From positions 224,001-288,000 of the forward strand of contig CAVYHE010000003.1 of NCBI GenBank assembly GCA_963768305.1: DNA of 64,000 nucleotides, given 5' to 3'. The position numbers and the translations under genes were made by a program. Source of the DNA: an uncultured bacterium (lineage in GTDB: Bacteria > Margulisbacteria > WOR-1 > CAVSGV01). This document shows positions 1-9,494 of this stretch, piece by piece; the stretch's first letter is position 1; every line of letters begins with the position of its first letter. Below the pieces are notes generated by a model, which was given only the letters and a program-made list of their open reading frames with translations, made no database searches and was not told the DNA's origin.

Positions 1-666
1 GCGTCTTCAACATATGTCAGGTCGCGCCTGGCATTGATATTGCCTAATTTTAATTTATTTCCCTTGCTTAATTGTGTGATGATCTCCGGGATAATATAAG
101 GTTGCGTTTCTCTTGGGCCGAAAACATTGAACTGTCTCAAAATGACCACCGGGATCTCCTTGTTCATGGTGGAGCGTATAGCAAAGCCTGTCTGTCGCCA
201 GTTTGCTGACGGCATATGTTGACAGGGGAAGGGTGGGGTGGTCTTCGTCCATCGGCACATATTTCGCCGAACCATACACTTCGGACGTGGAATACTGAAC
301 GATCCTTTTTACGCCGGACTGTTTGCTTGCAAAAAGCACGTTAAGCGCTCCGTTCGCATTAACTTCGAAGAACCTGAGAGGCCTGTAATAGCAATGAGGA
401 ATGTATGGTTCCGCTGCAAGATTGAAGACATATTCAGCGCCGCTCTTTTCAAGGATGCTCCTGAAATTCTTGCCGGTGATATCTCCCTTTATTATCTTGA
501 TCTTCTGATCGAGCCCTTTCAGGTTGCTCATGTCGCCTGAAGTGAAAAGATCAAAAACAATGACCTTTGCGCCTTCTTTTACAAGCTCGCGAACCAGGGT
601 CGAGCCAATGAACCCGGCGCCGCCAGTTACCATTATCTTTTTGTTCTTTAAACTATTCTCTTTCAT
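1..666 (-). CDS. NAD-dependent nucleotide-sugar epimerase/dehydratase; frameshift near 158, runs off window start
   Basis: TGGAGFIGS Rossmann motif and YAVSK catalytic motif; after a +1 shift it continues IPVVILRQFNVFGPRETQPYIIPEII...RDLTYVEDA. Confidence 0.85.
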
Positions 667-1771
667 ATTTAGCGATCAGATCCCCGTATATCTTTTCAAG
701 CTTTTGAACCTGCAGTTTTGAATCAAGTTTTTCCGCCATTTGCCTTCCGATTATACCAAATTTCGTTATCAAATGGGGATCTTCTATGAGCCTGTCCAGC
801 TTTTGGCTGAGATCGTCGGCATCTTTTTCTTTGGCGATATATCCGGTCCGATCGTCAAATATAAGGTCGCTTTGTGACTGCCTTGTAACTATCGACGGCA
901 GGCCGCTGGCCAGGGCTTCAATAACAGTGACATTGATACCGCCTTCGGCGTCGCCGCTGCGGGCGACAACGCTCGGTGAAATGAAGATGTGCGCATTGTC
1001 CAGGTATTCCGATGTATCCGCGACATATCCGAGCATTTTGATATATTCCGACATGCCAAGGTCTTTTATTTCAGCGGCGATCTCGTGGTAAAGCGGCCCA
1101 TCACCGATTATCGTCATCCTGATGTTCTTATGTTTCCGGAAGCTTTTCGCGAAAGCCCTTACCCCGTAAATGACGCCTTTTTTCTCCACAAGCCTGCCGA
1201 GATAAAGGATGTTGACCATGCTTCCCGGTTTTCTTTCCCTGAATTTGAACTTGTCCAGATCGATCCCTACCGGGAATGTGATCACTTTTTCGGGAGGGCA
1301 GCCAAGCTCGATGGCGCGCTCGCGCATGACGCTGGAATATCCGGTAAAAAGGTCGCCGTGCCTGAACAATCTTTTCAGCTGCAGGCGGTAGAGCGGATTC
1401 TTCGTGAGCTGATATATATCAAGGCCGTAAAAACTCGTGATGATCGGGATATCGGAATATTTCTTGAACTGCAGCGCGTAGTTGCCCATATAAGCGAAAT
1501 GAGCGTGGATAAGCTTTATATCAAGCTCTTTGATCAGCTTACGGAAATGATCCGACCGGCCGAAAACGCTTCTTATGGCTTCGGCTTTCCGCTTCAGGAA
1601 AGGCAGATCAGAGACCGAATAAATGTCCTTTACAGGGAATTTTTCTGCGCCTTTGTTCTTTAACAGCGTGAATACGACGGGATGGAAAGTCTTCATGTTC
1701 CTTATCTGTTCATATATGAAGGTCTCGGAAAAATTGAGGTATTTTACTGTCAAATGAGCGATATTTTTCAT
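653..1771 (-). CDS. GT4 glycosyltransferase (WcaL/AmsK-like)
   Basis: SETFI N-terminal motif, HAHF, GRLVEKKG, EGGINVTVIEALASG GT4 signature. Confidence 0.85.
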   Translation of the reverse strand: MKNIAHLTVKYLNFSETFIYEQIRNMKTFHPVVFTLLKNKGAEKFPVKDIYSVSDLPFLKRKAEAIRSVFGRSDHFRKLIKELDIKLIHAHFAYMGNYALQFKKYSDIPIITSFYGLDIYQLTKNPLYRLQLKRLFRHGDLFTGYSSVMRERAIELGCPPEKVITFPVGIDLDKFKFRERKPGSMVNILYLGRLVEKKGVIYGVRAFAKSFRKHKNIRMTIIGDGPLYHEIAAEIKDLGMSEYIKMLGYVADTSEYLDNAHIFISPSVVARSGDAEGGINVTVIEALASGLPSIVTRQSQSDLIFDDRTGYIAKEKDADDLSQKLDRLIEDPHLITKFGIIGRQMAEKLDSKLQVQKLEKIYGDLIAKYERE

Positions 1772-1871
1772 ATAGAAAAGCAATTATACCAGCATATGGC
1801 GTATCTCTCAATGACCGGACTTTCAGCCTTGACGGGAGGATGACAGTTCGAATACAATGATCTGAACCGAT

Positions 1872-3143
1872 ATGAGACAGGAGATATTAAAGACTTTTAT
1901 TTGCCCTGAATGCGGCAATAATCTGGACATCAGCTTTAAGCCCGCTCTGAGATCCGCTGAGATCGACAAGGACGTGCGTTTTGCCGTGGCCGCATGCCGC
2001 TGCAGGGAATATCCGATAATAGCCGGTATATTGATCTATAAACAGCTTAAGCGTTCCGGTGAAGCCGTCGATGCCATAAAGTCCGCCAGGAGCGATCACG
2101 CGCTTAAGAAGACCGCGCTGTGGTTCATGGAGGAACGATTTGTAAGGCTGGCAATGTATTTTGAGCTGATGATGGAAACCCTTTTTCGCATGGATATCAA
2201 CTTCTCTTTCTGGAAACTTGCGACATTCATCGAGAACAGCCCTTTTGCGACATATGCCAAATACCGGTTCGCGTGTCCAAGCCTGATCTCAGCGCTGCCA
2301 TTTTTTCCTTCCATGAAAGAAGCGCTCAAAGGCGGCGGAAGGATACTGGATCTTGGTTCAGGCATGGGACATCTTTCATATCTGCTGTCATGTCACTTTG
2401 GCTCGAACGAGCTTGTCTGCGTTGATATCAGCTTTCGAGGCCTGTATTTTACTCAAAGGTACATGGCAGGGCGGGGGGCAAGCTGTATTTTGCTGGACGC
2501 CAGGGAAAAACTCCCGTTCTCCGACAGTTCCTTTAAAGTGATCGTTTCGATGGATGCGCTTCAGTATATCGAAGAAAAAGAGTTGATAGCAAAGGAGATA
2601 AGCAGGACGCTTGAAAAAACAGGTTTGCTAGTTCTTGCGCATATCCATAACAAGCTGGCCCCTTTTATAGCCAATGGCTGGCCTTTAACTCCGGAAGGAT
2701 ATTTAAAACTATTCCCGTCCGAATTTCACTTCAGATCATTTGCTGAACGAAGTTTAATGGATATCATGTTCTCGGGGAAGGGATCGGATATTGACACGGC
2801 CGATCCGGTCGACAAAGTGAATTCATCTGACGCAATAGCATTGATCGGTTCCAGGGATAAGGGCTATTTCAGGAAATATCCGCCGTATTTTTCTGAAATG
2901 CACGGCCAATTCGGCGGGTTCATTTTAAATCCGCTGTACAGGGCCAGAAAAGGCAAATATGTACGGGTTTTCCCCTGCGAACGATACGAAGAAGAATATT
3001 ACCTTATCAAAGAATATTTCCCTGAAGTGATCGATCCCGGCGCATCCGAAGACATATTAAAAAAACAATTCATCTTTATTCCTGTTCCTGAAAATTACAT
3101 GAAGAAAGGCGAGCAGTTGAACTATCTGCGGCTCTGGAGATAA
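1872..3143 (+). CDS. Class I SAM methyltransferase with N-terminal Trm112-like Zn-ribbon
   Basis: CPEC...CRCREYPI N-terminus; ILDLGSGMG motif I; LPFSDSSF. Confidence 0.75.
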   Translation: MRQEILKTFICPECGNNLDISFKPALRSAEIDKDVRFAVAACRCREYPIIAGILIYKQLKRSGEAVDAIKSARSDHALKKTALWFMEERFVRLAMYFELMMETLFRMDINFSFWKLATFIENSPFATYAKYRFACPSLISALPFFPSMKEALKGGGRILDLGSGMGHLSYLLSCHFGSNELVCVDISFRGLYFTQRYMAGRGASCILLDAREKLPFSDSSFKVIVSMDALQYIEEKELIAKEISRTLEKTGLLVLAHIHNKLAPFIANGWPLTPEGYLKLFPSEFHFRSFAERSLMDIMFSGKGSDIDTADPVDKVNSSDAIALIGSRDKGYFRKYPPYFSEMHGQFGGFILNPLYRARKGKYVRVFPCERYEEEYYLIKEYFPEVIDPGASEDILKKQFIFIPVPENYMKKGEQLNYLRLWR

Positions 3144-4228
3144 GCTTTTATTACCTGTGCTATCTTTTTAGTCGCCCCGGGTTCTCCCATCCTGGACGTC
3201 CCTGTTTTTGCCATTTTTTTCCTTTTTGCCTTGCTTTTTAAGAGTGAAAGCGCTTCTTCCGCGATCATTTTTGAATTTCTGGGAAGGAGCATTAAAGCGT
3301 CTCCAAGGAGCTCTTTTTGACCTGAAGCGAATTTATGGTTATATTGGGCGCCTCTTCCGGGGAACGCTGCCACAGGAAGCCCGGCTCCCGCGGCCTGCTC
3401 GTTCCCGGTGCCTGAAAGCCCGATAATAATGGTCGATCTGGCAAGGACATTATTGAAATCGCCCGTCATTTCGATCTTTACCGGGGATCTCAGTTTTGAC
3501 AATCTTTTTTTATCAAGAGAGTCGGGGGTTGATAAAATAAACCTGACCTTTTTATCGACCAGATTGATCTGCCAGGCTATTTTGTAAAGATCCTCGATGT
3601 TTTTGTAAGCGTCATCCCTTGTTCCGGGAAGAAGGCCGATGATTTTGCCTTTCCTTATCTCCCGGTGTCCCGATCTCCTGATACCCCGGACCATGTCCAT
3701 CATCGGGTTCCCGGCGTATTTTGATTCGATCCCGAATCGTTGAAGCGCTTCTTCCGTCCTTTTGTCCCTGGTAAACGTCATCATACAATATTTCTTTAGC
3801 AGCATTTTTTCAAGCCAAGTGTAATTGAAAGCGAATTTCTTGTAATAATCTGATTTATTGACGCCGATGAATATGAATTTGCATCCGGTTATCATCGAGT
3901 ATACGATCGGGACCAGGTCACCTATGCCTATAACAAGGGCGTAACCCCATTTATTGTCGTCAAGTGTCCTGACCTGCGCCCTGATCTTGCCGATGAGCCC
4001 CGAAAAAAGGTCTCTGATGAAATAAGAGAAATTCCTCATTCCGAAGCCGCCGCTCGGCAGGGAGTTCTTCGGGCCGATAATATTTACTTTTAGGCCGTCA
4101 AAAGCTTTCCCCGCGCCGACAACAGGCATGACATCAATGATCATGTCCTTTAATTTTATGCCCTTTATGATCTGGGCGGCGACCATGTCTTCGCCGTGGC
4201 CGTTGGAAATGAACAGGATCCTTTTCAT
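3122..4228 (-). CDS. Lipid-A-disaccharide synthase-related GT-B protein (cyanobacterial TIGR03492-like)
   Basis: LFISNGHGED, LPSGGF, GNPMMD, LLPGTR, GTGNEQAAG motifs. Confidence 0.75.
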   Translation of the reverse strand: MKRILFISNGHGEDMVAAQIIKGIKLKDMIIDVMPVVGAGKAFDGLKVNIIGPKNSLPSGGFGMRNFSYFIRDLFSGLIGKIRAQVRTLDDNKWGYALVIGIGDLVPIVYSMITGCKFIFIGVNKSDYYKKFAFNYTWLEKMLLKKYCMMTFTRDKRTEEALQRFGIESKYAGNPMMDMVRGIRRSGHREIRKGKIIGLLPGTRDDAYKNIEDLYKIAWQINLVDKKVRFILSTPDSLDKKRLSKLRSPVKIEMTGDFNNVLARSTIIIGLSGTGNEQAAGAGLPVAAFPGRGAQYNHKFASGQKELLGDALMLLPRNSKMIAEEALSLLKSKAKRKKMAKTGTSRMGEPGATKKIAQVIKAYLQSRR

Positions 4229-4393
4229 TTAAGCAACTCCTTCGGGAATAGAGACTGACCGATATTGCGGACAAAATGATTTTATAATAAAAATACGCAT
4301 TATGAAAGAGAAATTTATTTTACGAGCAACGGAACTTGATATATCAGCAACAATATGGTCAATCAATGGATATCATGGTAAAATCATCGCGAT

Positions 4394-5095
4394 ATGACCA
4401 AATTAAAAAGCCTATCCGTGATGTTCCCGTGCTATAACGACTCCATGACCATAGGCAGTTTACTGGAGAAAGCGGATAATGCCGCTTCGCAGATCTCGGA
4501 TAAGCACGAAATGATCGTCGTGAACGATGGCTCAACGGATGATTCCGCGCAGGTCCTGGCCGATCTTCAAAAAAAATATCCATATCTTATTATCCTCACG
4601 CATGCCGGCAACATGGGATATGGGGCAACGATCTGGCACGGCCTGAAAGCAGCGAACTGTGATTATGTTTTTTACACGGACGGAGACGCGCAGTATGATC
4701 CGACAGAGATGATATCCTTGGCGGAAAAAGTGGGGCCGAATACTATGCTTGTCAACGGCTACAAAAAGGAAAGGCACGATGCTTTATACAGGATCATCAT
4801 TGGGAAGACCTATAATATGTTCATAAGGCTCCTCTTCAATATCAAGCTTAAGGATGTTGATTGCGATTTCAGGCTTTTCAGGAAAGACGCTCTGGACAAG
4901 ATCCAAGTTACGGAGCACGGCGGAACAATGTGCCTTGAAATGGTCAAAAGGATAGAAAAACTGGGGGGAGAGATCTTGGAAGTGCCGGTTTCCCACTATG
5001 AACGCAAATACGGGAAGTCACAGTTCTTCAAGCTCAAGAACATCCTAACAGTGTTCGTGGACATTCCTAAACTTTTATTCATGCTCGGCCGATGA
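4394..5095 (+). CDS. GT2 glycosyltransferase (polyprenol-phosphate sugar transferase-like)
   Basis: PCYND, VNDGSTD, TDGDAQYD, DVDCDFRLF. Confidence 0.85.
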   Translation: MTKLKSLSVMFPCYNDSMTIGSLLEKADNAASQISDKHEMIVVNDGSTDDSAQVLADLQKKYPYLIILTHAGNMGYGATIWHGLKAANCDYVFYTDGDAQYDPTEMISLAEKVGPNTMLVNGYKKERHDALYRIIIGKTYNMFIRLLFNIKLKDVDCDFRLFRKDALDKIQVTEHGGTMCLEMVKRIEKLGGEILEVPVSHYERKYGKSQFFKLKNILTVFVDIPKLLFMLGR

Positions 5096-5835
5096 TGGAC
5101 GCGAAGGCCTTACAGCAGATATTTGATAACGAGAAGACGAACTGGTGGTACAGAAGCCTTCGCAGCAAAGTTGAGATCCTCATAGAACGTATCGGTAAAC
5201 CAGATCTCAGGATCCTTGATGCCGGATGCGGAACAGGTTATAACATTATTTATTTCAGCAAATTCGGCCGGGTTATCGGGATCGATGAGTCTGAAGAAGC
5301 ACTGGGACTTTGCAAAAAAATGGGAATTACGGATATCAAACGGGCGTCATTGGCAATGCTGCCTTTTTCCGATGAAAGCTTTGACTTAATATTATGTCTC
5401 GATGTACTGTGTTATCTTGACGGCAAAGGCATTAACGATGCTCTAATAGAGATGAAAAGGGTGCTTGCACACGGCGGTTCAATTATACTTAACCTTCCGG
5501 CATTCCCGATCCTGCAAGGCGCGCATGACGAAATAATGGGCATACGAAAAAGATTCAGGGCAGGGGAGCTTCGTCTTTTGCTGGAATCCAAGGGGTTCAA
5601 GGCCGGGAAATTGTCATATATATTCTCTGTCTTGTTCTTGCCTTTGCTTATAAGAAGGTTGTTTGGAAAGTTGAAATTGGCTAAAGGTTCCGATCTTCTG
5701 AAATTCCCCCCGATGTTAAACAATATGCTGTTTTTTATCTCGGAAATTGATACGCAACTTTTTCGTTTTATGGATCTGCCGTTCGGAAGTTCAATAATTT
5801 GCCTGGCAACAAAGGATGGTTTCAGCAACGAATGA
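5092..5835 (+). CDS. Class I SAM-dependent methyltransferase
   Basis: ILDAGCGTG, LPFSDESFD; overlaps GT2 stop. Confidence 0.85.
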   Translation: MMDAKALQQIFDNEKTNWWYRSLRSKVEILIERIGKPDLRILDAGCGTGYNIIYFSKFGRVIGIDESEEALGLCKKMGITDIKRASLAMLPFSDESFDLILCLDVLCYLDGKGINDALIEMKRVLAHGGSIILNLPAFPILQGAHDEIMGIRKRFRAGELRLLLESKGFKAGKLSYIFSVLFLPLLIRRLFGKLKLAKGSDLLKFPPMLNNMLFFISEIDTQLFRFMDLPFGSSIICLATKDGFSNE

Positions 5836-6894
5836 GATCTCACTTTCCGTCAGCTCGGGATAAAGAGGGATCGAAAGTATTTCCTCCGCGTATCTTTCAG
5901 CTACAGGGAATGAGCCTTTCTTAAGCTTAAGGTCTGCATAAGCTTTTTGAAGATGTACAGGAATAGGATAGTGAATATTGGTCTGTATATCTTTTTTGCC
6001 AAGATATGCCTGCAACTTATCCCTGTTCTTTGTTCTTATTACATATAGATGATACACATGCCGCGCATATGTTTCCTCAACTGGCGTGATTACCTCTGAG
6101 CCCTTCAGCATTCGATCGTAAACCGACGCGATCTCACGCCTCCTGGAATTCCAGCGGTCCAGATGTTTCAATTTAACGCTTAAAATAGCGGCCTGGATCT
6201 CGTCAAGCCGGCTGTTGAAGCCTTTTATGGCGTGGACATACCTTTTTTTCTGGCCGTAATTGCGCAATAGCCGCGCTTTTTCACAGAGTTCGGCGCTGTT
6301 CGTGGTGATGATGCCGCCGTCGCCGTAGCACCCCAGGTTTTTGCTCGGATAGAAACTGAACGCCGCAAGTTCGCCGAATGTCCCGACTTTTCGCCCTTTA
6401 TAAAGCGCCCCGTGCGCTTGGCAGGCATCCTCTATCACCTTCAATCCGTTCTCTTTAGCGATCTTCATTATAGGGTCCATGTCGGCCGCCTGGCCGAAAA
6501 GATGCACAGGGATGACGGCTTTAGTTCTTTTTGTTATCTTTTTCTTGAGGAGGGCAGGGTCCATATTGAACGTAACAGGATCGATATCAGCGAATACCGG
6601 CTTTGCCCCGGCAAATGTGATGGCGCAAACCGTAGGGACAGCCGTATTTGGGACCGTAATGACCTCATCACCATCGCCTATCCCGCAGGCAACAAGCGAC
6701 AAATGGAGCGCTTCCGTGCCTGAGCCGACGCCGACAGCGTATTTGGCGCCGCAGAAAGACGCGAATTCCTTTTCGAATTTTTCAACGCGCTTTCCCAGGA
6801 CGAACCAACCCTCATTCAAGGTATCCTGAATGGCCGCGTCTATTTCTTTCTTGATGAGATGATATTGTCTTGCAACGTCAGATATGGGGATCAA
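5791..6894 (-). CDS. DegT/DnrJ/EryC1/StrS sugar aminotransferase
   Basis: EDACQAHGA, SFYPSKNLG (PLP lysine), GFNSRLDEIQAA. Confidence 0.9.
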   Translation of the reverse strand: MIPISDVARQYHLIKKEIDAAIQDTLNEGWFVLGKRVEKFEKEFASFCGAKYAVGVGSGTEALHLSLVACGIGDGDEVITVPNTAVPTVCAITFAGAKPVFADIDPVTFNMDPALLKKKITKRTKAVIPVHLFGQAADMDPIMKIAKENGLKVIEDACQAHGALYKGRKVGTFGELAAFSFYPSKNLGCYGDGGIITTNSAELCEKARLLRNYGQKKRYVHAIKGFNSRLDEIQAAILSVKLKHLDRWNSRRREIASVYDRMLKGSEVITPVEETYARHVYHLYVIRTKNRDKLQAYLGKKDIQTNIHYPIPVHLQKAYADLKLKKGSFPVAERYAEEILSIPLYPELTESEISFVAETILCCQANY

Positions 6895-6908
6895 TGCGAG
6901 CTCCTTTG

Positions 6909-7916
6909 CTACCAGTAGTAATGCTTGTTCTTTCTGTAAAAATCAAGAGTTCTTTTTATGCCTTCTTCAAGGGGAACTTTCGGCTGCCAGCCAAGCGCAT
7001 TCTTTATCTTTGAACAGTCGGCAATGTAATCGCCGATCTCTATTTTCTTGCTTTCTTCGGGGAAGGGGATAAGCTCATATGAGCCGGATCCGTTTATCGC
7101 TATCATCTTTTTTACCAGCTCAAGAAGGCTTACCGGAGCGCCCCCGAGATTATAGACCTCTCCGTTGGTCCTGTCGGATGCCGCGGCAAGCAGGAGCGCT
7201 TCCACCGCATCATCCACGTAATTCGTATCGCGTACTTGGAGCCCGTCGCCGTATATCTTTATCTTTTGGCCGTCAATAAGCTGTCTCATGAACCAGTTGA
7301 TTATGCCCTGTTTGTGGTGGTGCATCTGGTGCCGCGGCCCGAAAGTGTTCGTCATCCTCAAAGAAGTTGCTTTTATCCCGTAAATATCATTATAAAGTAT
7401 ATGATATGATTCGCCTGCCATATTGTTTATACCATTCACATCCGTGGGCTTTTGAGGATGCGTTTCATCTACCGGAAGCTTTTGAGCTTTCCCGTACTGG
7501 CCCCTTGTGCCCGAGAAAATTATCTTGACCTTTGTGTTGAATTTCCTGCATGATTCAAGGATGGACAGCTGGGCGCGGCAATTGATCTCAAGGTCCGTAT
7601 AAGGGTCTATCATGCTGTCAATGTGGCTTAGAGTGCCGGCCAGGTTGAACATGTAATCCCTTCCCTGGACAAGATAATTCATGCTGTGCTCGTCGCGGAC
7701 ATCCGCGATATTCACTTTGACCTTATCCTCTATGCCCGAAATATTATGTATGTTGCCGCCATAATCGGGGATCAATGAATCCACAAGAGTGACCTTCGCT
7801 CCCAGTTCAATGAGCCTGAACGCCAAAGTGCTGCCGATGAACCCCAGCCCTCCGGTCACCAGGACTTCCGAATTTTTAAACGCGCTATTGTAATTAACAG
7901 GCATTTTCTTCTCCAT
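6909..7916 (-). CDS. NAD-dependent epimerase/dehydratase family protein
   Basis: TGGLGFIGS; the catalytic YxxxK position reads NGINN (atypical). Confidence 0.8.
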   Translation of the reverse strand: MEKKMPVNYNSAFKNSEVLVTGGLGFIGSTLAFRLIELGAKVTLVDSLIPDYGGNIHNISGIEDKVKVNIADVRDEHSMNYLVQGRDYMFNLAGTLSHIDSMIDPYTDLEINCRAQLSILESCRKFNTKVKIIFSGTRGQYGKAQKLPVDETHPQKPTDVNGINNMAGESYHILYNDIYGIKATSLRMTNTFGPRHQMHHHKQGIINWFMRQLIDGQKIKIYGDGLQVRDTNYVDDAVEALLLAAASDRTNGEVYNLGGAPVSLLELVKKMIAINGSGSYELIPFPEESKKIEIGDYIADCSKIKNALGWQPKVPLEEGIKRTLDFYRKNKHYYW

Positions 7917-7958
7917 AACGATATTTTATCATAAATTAAATGATTTATACGGGCTCAT

Positions 7959-8932
7959 TCATTTCACCAGTCCTTTAATAGTCTCAACGATCTTAAGGGT
8001 GGGTGAACCCGGAAGCCCTATGCCGGCGGAAGCAAGAAGCTCTTCTTTTCTGCTCTTCTCCAGCATTCCGGGATCGTTCAATACATCATTTATGGCTTCG
8101 GGCAAAAAAACGGCTTTATCAAGAAAATACACTCCAAACACCCTTGTTTTGTTTTGCAAATTATAAATTATGTTAAACCTTCTAGATATTCGCTCATCCA
8201 TTGTCGGATCACTGTTTTTAACATAAATAACAGGTAAATTGAAGTACATAGCTATTAGTTCGATCGTCCCCGGCTGATTGGAGATTAAAATGTCAGCGTT
8301 TTTTACGGCTTCGATACATTTTTTAAAATGATCATTATCATAACTATTACTCAAGATAATATTTTTACCGTAAACATTCCTGTTCTTATGCGGACTTAAT
8401 AGCTTTACAATGATATTAATTCCTTTGATCGACCGCAATATAGCCATTATTTCCATGTTGCTTAGATCATCGTAAGCGTAATCTTCTGTGGAATGCGCAG
8501 GTGCAAAAAGTACGTTCAATCCCTTGTGACGTTTTCTTTCATTTTTGAGGCCATCGAACAGCGGGCAGCCTGTCAATACGATCCTCGCAGGATCAAAGCC
8601 GCCGTTCAGCATCATTTCCTGGTCGCGAGTTCCCCAAACACAGATCCTGTCCGCAAGCATTTTATAATTAGAAGGCGGCAAATAATCCAGAATAGCTCCT
8701 CTGCCATGCTGTACAACCACTATCGGGAGCCCTCTTTTTTTGCTTCTGTCGCGTATCTTAGTCCGGCTCCCATAACATCCTGAAAAAGCACTGCAACCTT
8801 GGCTTTATTAAGACTTGTTGTAAAAAAGAACGGCAAAATCTTGTCCATTACACCGTTGCGGTTCGTGAGGAATATCCTGGGATTTTTGAAGGCTTGTTGA
8901 TTTTTCTTTATGACCGTGAAGATGTTAATCAT
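7959..8932 (-). CDS. Orphan GT-B-like glycan biosynthesis protein; frameshift near 8730
   Basis: Two ORFs join as EAKKRGLPIVVVQHGRG; VWG, TGCPLFD, ADILIS..GTIELIAMYFNLPVI motifs; AT-rich. Confidence 0.55.
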
Positions 8933-9494
8933 TGCATCGGGTTTCTTTGTCAGTTATTCCCATAATGATCACATCTTTCCATTTCCCATCTTTCATAACA
9001 AAGTCCTTTAATCTGCCCTCTTCTTGGAAACCCATTTTTTTATGTAGATTAATAACCTGTTTATTGCTTTCAATAACTTCCAGTTTTAATGTGTGCAATT
9101 TAAGAATGTCGAAAGCTACTTTTATTGATAGTTGATCCAGTAACCTGCCTATACCCAGATTCATTGAAAGCGGATTGGCATAAATGCCATAAAATGTATT
9201 TTTATTGGTGAAGTCAACATTACGCAAATTAATAACACCCATAGGCTCATTATTGGTTTTATTGATAACAAGCCACGCAAAACACCTATTGTTGTTTTTT
9301 AGTCCAAGCAAGTATTCGTGATGCTCTTTTTCTGATATGAGGTGATCGTGATACATCCAAATTCTTACGCTCTCGTGATTCCTCATTTGCCTTACGACTT
9401 CCACTTCTTTTTCGGTGAGGTTCGTGAAATTTTTAAGTAAGGCATTGTCAAATGTGAAATCTTTTCTCAAGTTCATAACGATAGTTTTAAACAT
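8925..9494 (-). CDS. pseH: UDP-4-amino-4,6-dideoxy-N-acetyl-beta-L-altrosamine N-acetyltransferase (GNAT)
   Basis: KNFTNL, MRNHESVRIWMY, GIYANP, LKLHTLKLEV match the PseH pattern; pse context. Confidence 0.8.
   Translation of the reverse strand: MFKTIVMNLRKDFTFDNALLKNFTNLTEKEVEVVRQMRNHESVRIWMYHDHLISEKEHHEYLLGLKNNNRCFAWLVINKTNNEPMGVINLRNVDFTNKNTFYGIYANPLSMNLGIGRLLDQLSIKVAFDILKLHTLKLEVIESNKQVINLHKKMGFQEEGRLKDFVMKDGKWKDVIIMGITDKETRCND

Noticed and set aside
4229..4393. Possible ~45-aa minus-strand ORF upstream of the lpxB-related gene
   Set aside because: TTG start, no SD, no recognisable similarity; the region is better explained as divergent promoters.
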